Shown here: one piece after another, positions 62,047 through 64,000 of the stretch | How the letters are laid out: each line of letters starts with the position of its first letter | Numbering within the stretch: the first letter of the stretch is position 1 | Translations under genes and position numbers: made by a program | From: an uncultured bacterium | Lineage (GTDB): Bacteria > Bacillota_I > Bacilli_A > RF39 > UBA660 | Direction of reading: 5' to 3' | Length of the DNA stretch: 64,000 nt | Assembly (NCBI GenBank): GCA_945935525.1 | Contig: CAMERI010000006.1 | Location: forward strand, 4,194-68,193 | Notes under the pieces: model-generated | What the model saw: the letters and a program-made list of their open reading frames with translations, nothing else | Database searches by the model: none | What the model was told of the DNA's origin: nothing

Positions 62047-63544
62047 CTACAACTATATCTTTATATATAAATATTCCACTTTTATCAGGATATTCTTTAG
62101 CACTTTCTAGCAACTTTAAGATTTCTTCTTCATCATCCTCACTAACTTCTGCATCCACTACATCAACACCAAGTAAATTAAAAGCAGCAATAGTATCTTC
62201 ATTAATCTTTAAGAAAGTCCAGTTAACACCTTGTTCACTATAATATGTCTTACTAGAAAATGGATTTTCAAATAATAACTTTTCATTATCTTTTCTATAT
62301 AAATAATATTTTTTAGGATATTCTAAATCACTATAACCATCTAACTCTTCTATTCTTATTTGAAGTCTATTTAAATACTGAAAACTCGCTTCAGTAGATT
62401 GTTTGGCCATAACAAATGATTTATTAGCACTTACCATCATGCCAAAAGATATAACTACTAAAACAACAATCATAGTATTACTAAAATACCTTCTAAATTT
62501 AACCTTTTTAATAACATCAAAATTATTAAGTAATAGAGATACACCAACTGCATAAAACACAGAATATGCCATTAAAGTAATTGTATGATAAAACTGATAT
62601 GGTTTTAAAAAGCAAAATATTCTTGGTGAAAATATAAGTACTATTATAAGAATTATATATAAAAACATATTCTTAGTATTATATTTTAATAATGTAATAA
62701 ACACTCCAATAAACATAACTATCTTAAGTAATAAATGTATACTATCAGGAAACATTGCTCCAAAAGATGTATTTAACAAAGTACGAAGATATCCTTTAAT
62801 TAAATCAATATTATAATTTATACTAAACATTTGGTCAGCAAATTGATAACTATTCATTTCAATATTAAATATATATGTAGATAGTTTAACACCTAATATA
62901 TAAATAACTACTCCTATAAAACCATATAATACATATTTAAATATATCTTTAAATAGTTTCTTACTATCATCAAAGTTAAGGATTAATGTTCCTACACAAA
63001 GAACTATTATTAATGGTAAGAACGATTGATATATAGATGTACAAAAACCAATTAATAAAGATGATAACAATAGTTTAAACTTATTATTAGAATATTTAAG
63101 TATATAAACAGACAATATAGATAATAAATACCCTATACCTATAGAAAACTGCCATGGTAAATATGTATATGCTATTACATTAGTTGGAAAAGCCATCATA
63201 ACAGTACTAACTAATATAGTATGACTATCCTTTTTAATATTAAATATTTTACCAAGTAATACACCACTTATAGAAAACAATATACCATTCATTATTAAAG
63301 CTAAAAATGGAACTGGATAATAATTAAATATAAGTCCTATAATAGCCCAACCCCATCTTCCAACTGAAAGATATAATTTATAATCAGATAACTTATTAAG
63401 AATAACATAATCATCTATACCATCTATATTAATAATAGAATTTGTACCAGCAAATCCATAAGTAACAATAAATATAACAAATAAAATTACTAATACTCTT
63501 TTATTATCTCTTAAAAACTTTTCTATTTTTTTCATATTAATCAC
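62030..63544 (-). CDS. polytopic integral membrane protein (GT-C/YfhO-like?), hypothetical
   Basis: More than 10 predicted TMs in the N-terminal two-thirds, with a hydrophilic C-terminal domain. Confidence 0.35.
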   Translation of the reverse strand: MINMKKIEKFLRDNKRVLVILFVIFIVTYGFAGTNSIINIDGIDDYVILNKLSDYKLYLSVGRWGWAIIGLIFNYYPVPFLALIMNGILFSISGVLLGKIFNIKKDSHTILVSTVMMAFPTNVIAYTYLPWQFSIGIGYLLSILSVYILKYSNNKFKLLLSSLLIGFCTSIYQSFLPLIIVLCVGTLILNFDDSKKLFKDIFKYVLYGFIGVVIYILGVKLSTYIFNIEMNSYQFADQMFSINYNIDLIKGYLRTLLNTSFGAMFPDSIHLLLKIVMFIGVFITLLKYNTKNMFLYIILIIVLIFSPRIFCFLKPYQFYHTITLMAYSVFYAVGVSLLLNNFDVIKKVKFRRYFSNTMIVVLVVISFGMMVSANKSFVMAKQSTEASFQYLNRLQIRIEELDGYSDLEYPKKYYLYRKDNEKLLFENPFSSKTYYSEQGVNWTFLKINEDTIAAFNLLGVDVVDAEVSEDDEEEILKLLESAKEYPDKSGIFIYKDIVVVKMDL

Positions 63545-63568
63545 ATCTAAAGTATAAAAGAATTACAT

Positions 63569-63592
63569 AAAAAAAGCAACTAAGTTGCTTTC
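63569..63592. terminator. bidirectional hairpin terminator
   Basis: AAAGCAAC-TAA-GTTGCTTT with flanking A-run and T-run. Confidence 0.45.
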
Positions 63593-64000
63593 TTATTTTG
63601 TACTAATAGTTTAATAGCAGGTTTCTCTTTACCATCAATAATCACATCATAAAAAGTTGGAGTACATATTAAATTCATACCAAGTGGTGCAACAAAACCT
63701 CTCGTTACTCTTGAAAAGAAGAAATAACTCTTTCAAAGGTAAACTATATTATTATATTAACTATAAAGTTAGATTGTTAGCTGATTCTTTGATATTAAAG
63801 GATATCATGATGAAGATTATGAACACCTAGATAACTACTAATATTATAGGTAATTGTTTCTTCATATGTATCATTTTTAATTTTTATGCTACATATTGTT
63901 TTATTATTAAAGATATTTTTTGTTTAGCTTTTGTAGTAGCAGTTACTTTAACATCAGTGGTTACCTTACTAATAGCACCAGTTGATTCTACGATACTGTC

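Overview
This 64 kb window comes from a very AT-rich (about 27-28% GC), standard-code Firmicutes chromosome, most likely a spore-forming Clostridia-like organism. The evidence for sporulation is a SpoVAC-like gene, a CotD-like His/Cys-rich coat protein and a SipW-type signal peptidase. Most genes lie on the minus strand.

Housekeeping content is dense. It includes murT-gatD, psd-pssA, engB, nrnA, ackA, thiI with a NifS-like cysteine desulfurase, an RNase J-family paralog, rpoZ, trmL, pyk, ffh, the ybxB-like methyltransferase, rplJ-rplL with an L10 leader, rpoB-rpoC, cdaA-cdaR, a 5-formyl-THF cyclo-ligase and one tRNA-Glu(CUC).

Several accessory modules are interleaved with these:
- A sortase-dependent pilus island: a vWA/CnaB tip adhesin, an LPETG backbone pilin with an E-box, a class C sortase, a minor pilin, a second small sortase, SipW and a coiled-coil protein.
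- A cadC-HMA-cadA heavy-metal efflux operon with a palindromic operator.
- A 2.7 kb DUF285/BspA-repeat surface protein with a TasA-like (SipW-cognate) signal peptide, next to an ADP-ribosylglycohydrolase.
- A vWA / XpaC-like / PBP-like membrane triad.
- A DinD/Bro-N-like gene carrying a perfect 25-nt palindrome.
- Two orphan type IV prepilin-like genes.
- A small SD-driven hydrophobic peptide gene embedded in RNA structure.

The most novel-looking element is a three-gene operon immediately downstream of rpoC. It encodes a Zn-ribbon-TPR-TIR-4TM-SH3b membrane protein, a YdjI-like SPFH/Band-7 protein with twin C-terminal zinc ribbons, and an LRR-ectodomain/3TM/coiled-coil membrane protein. No PspA partner is present. 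This is a candidate TIR-based membrane-stress or antiphage module.

No CRISPR array, rRNA or obvious transposase/integrase was seen.
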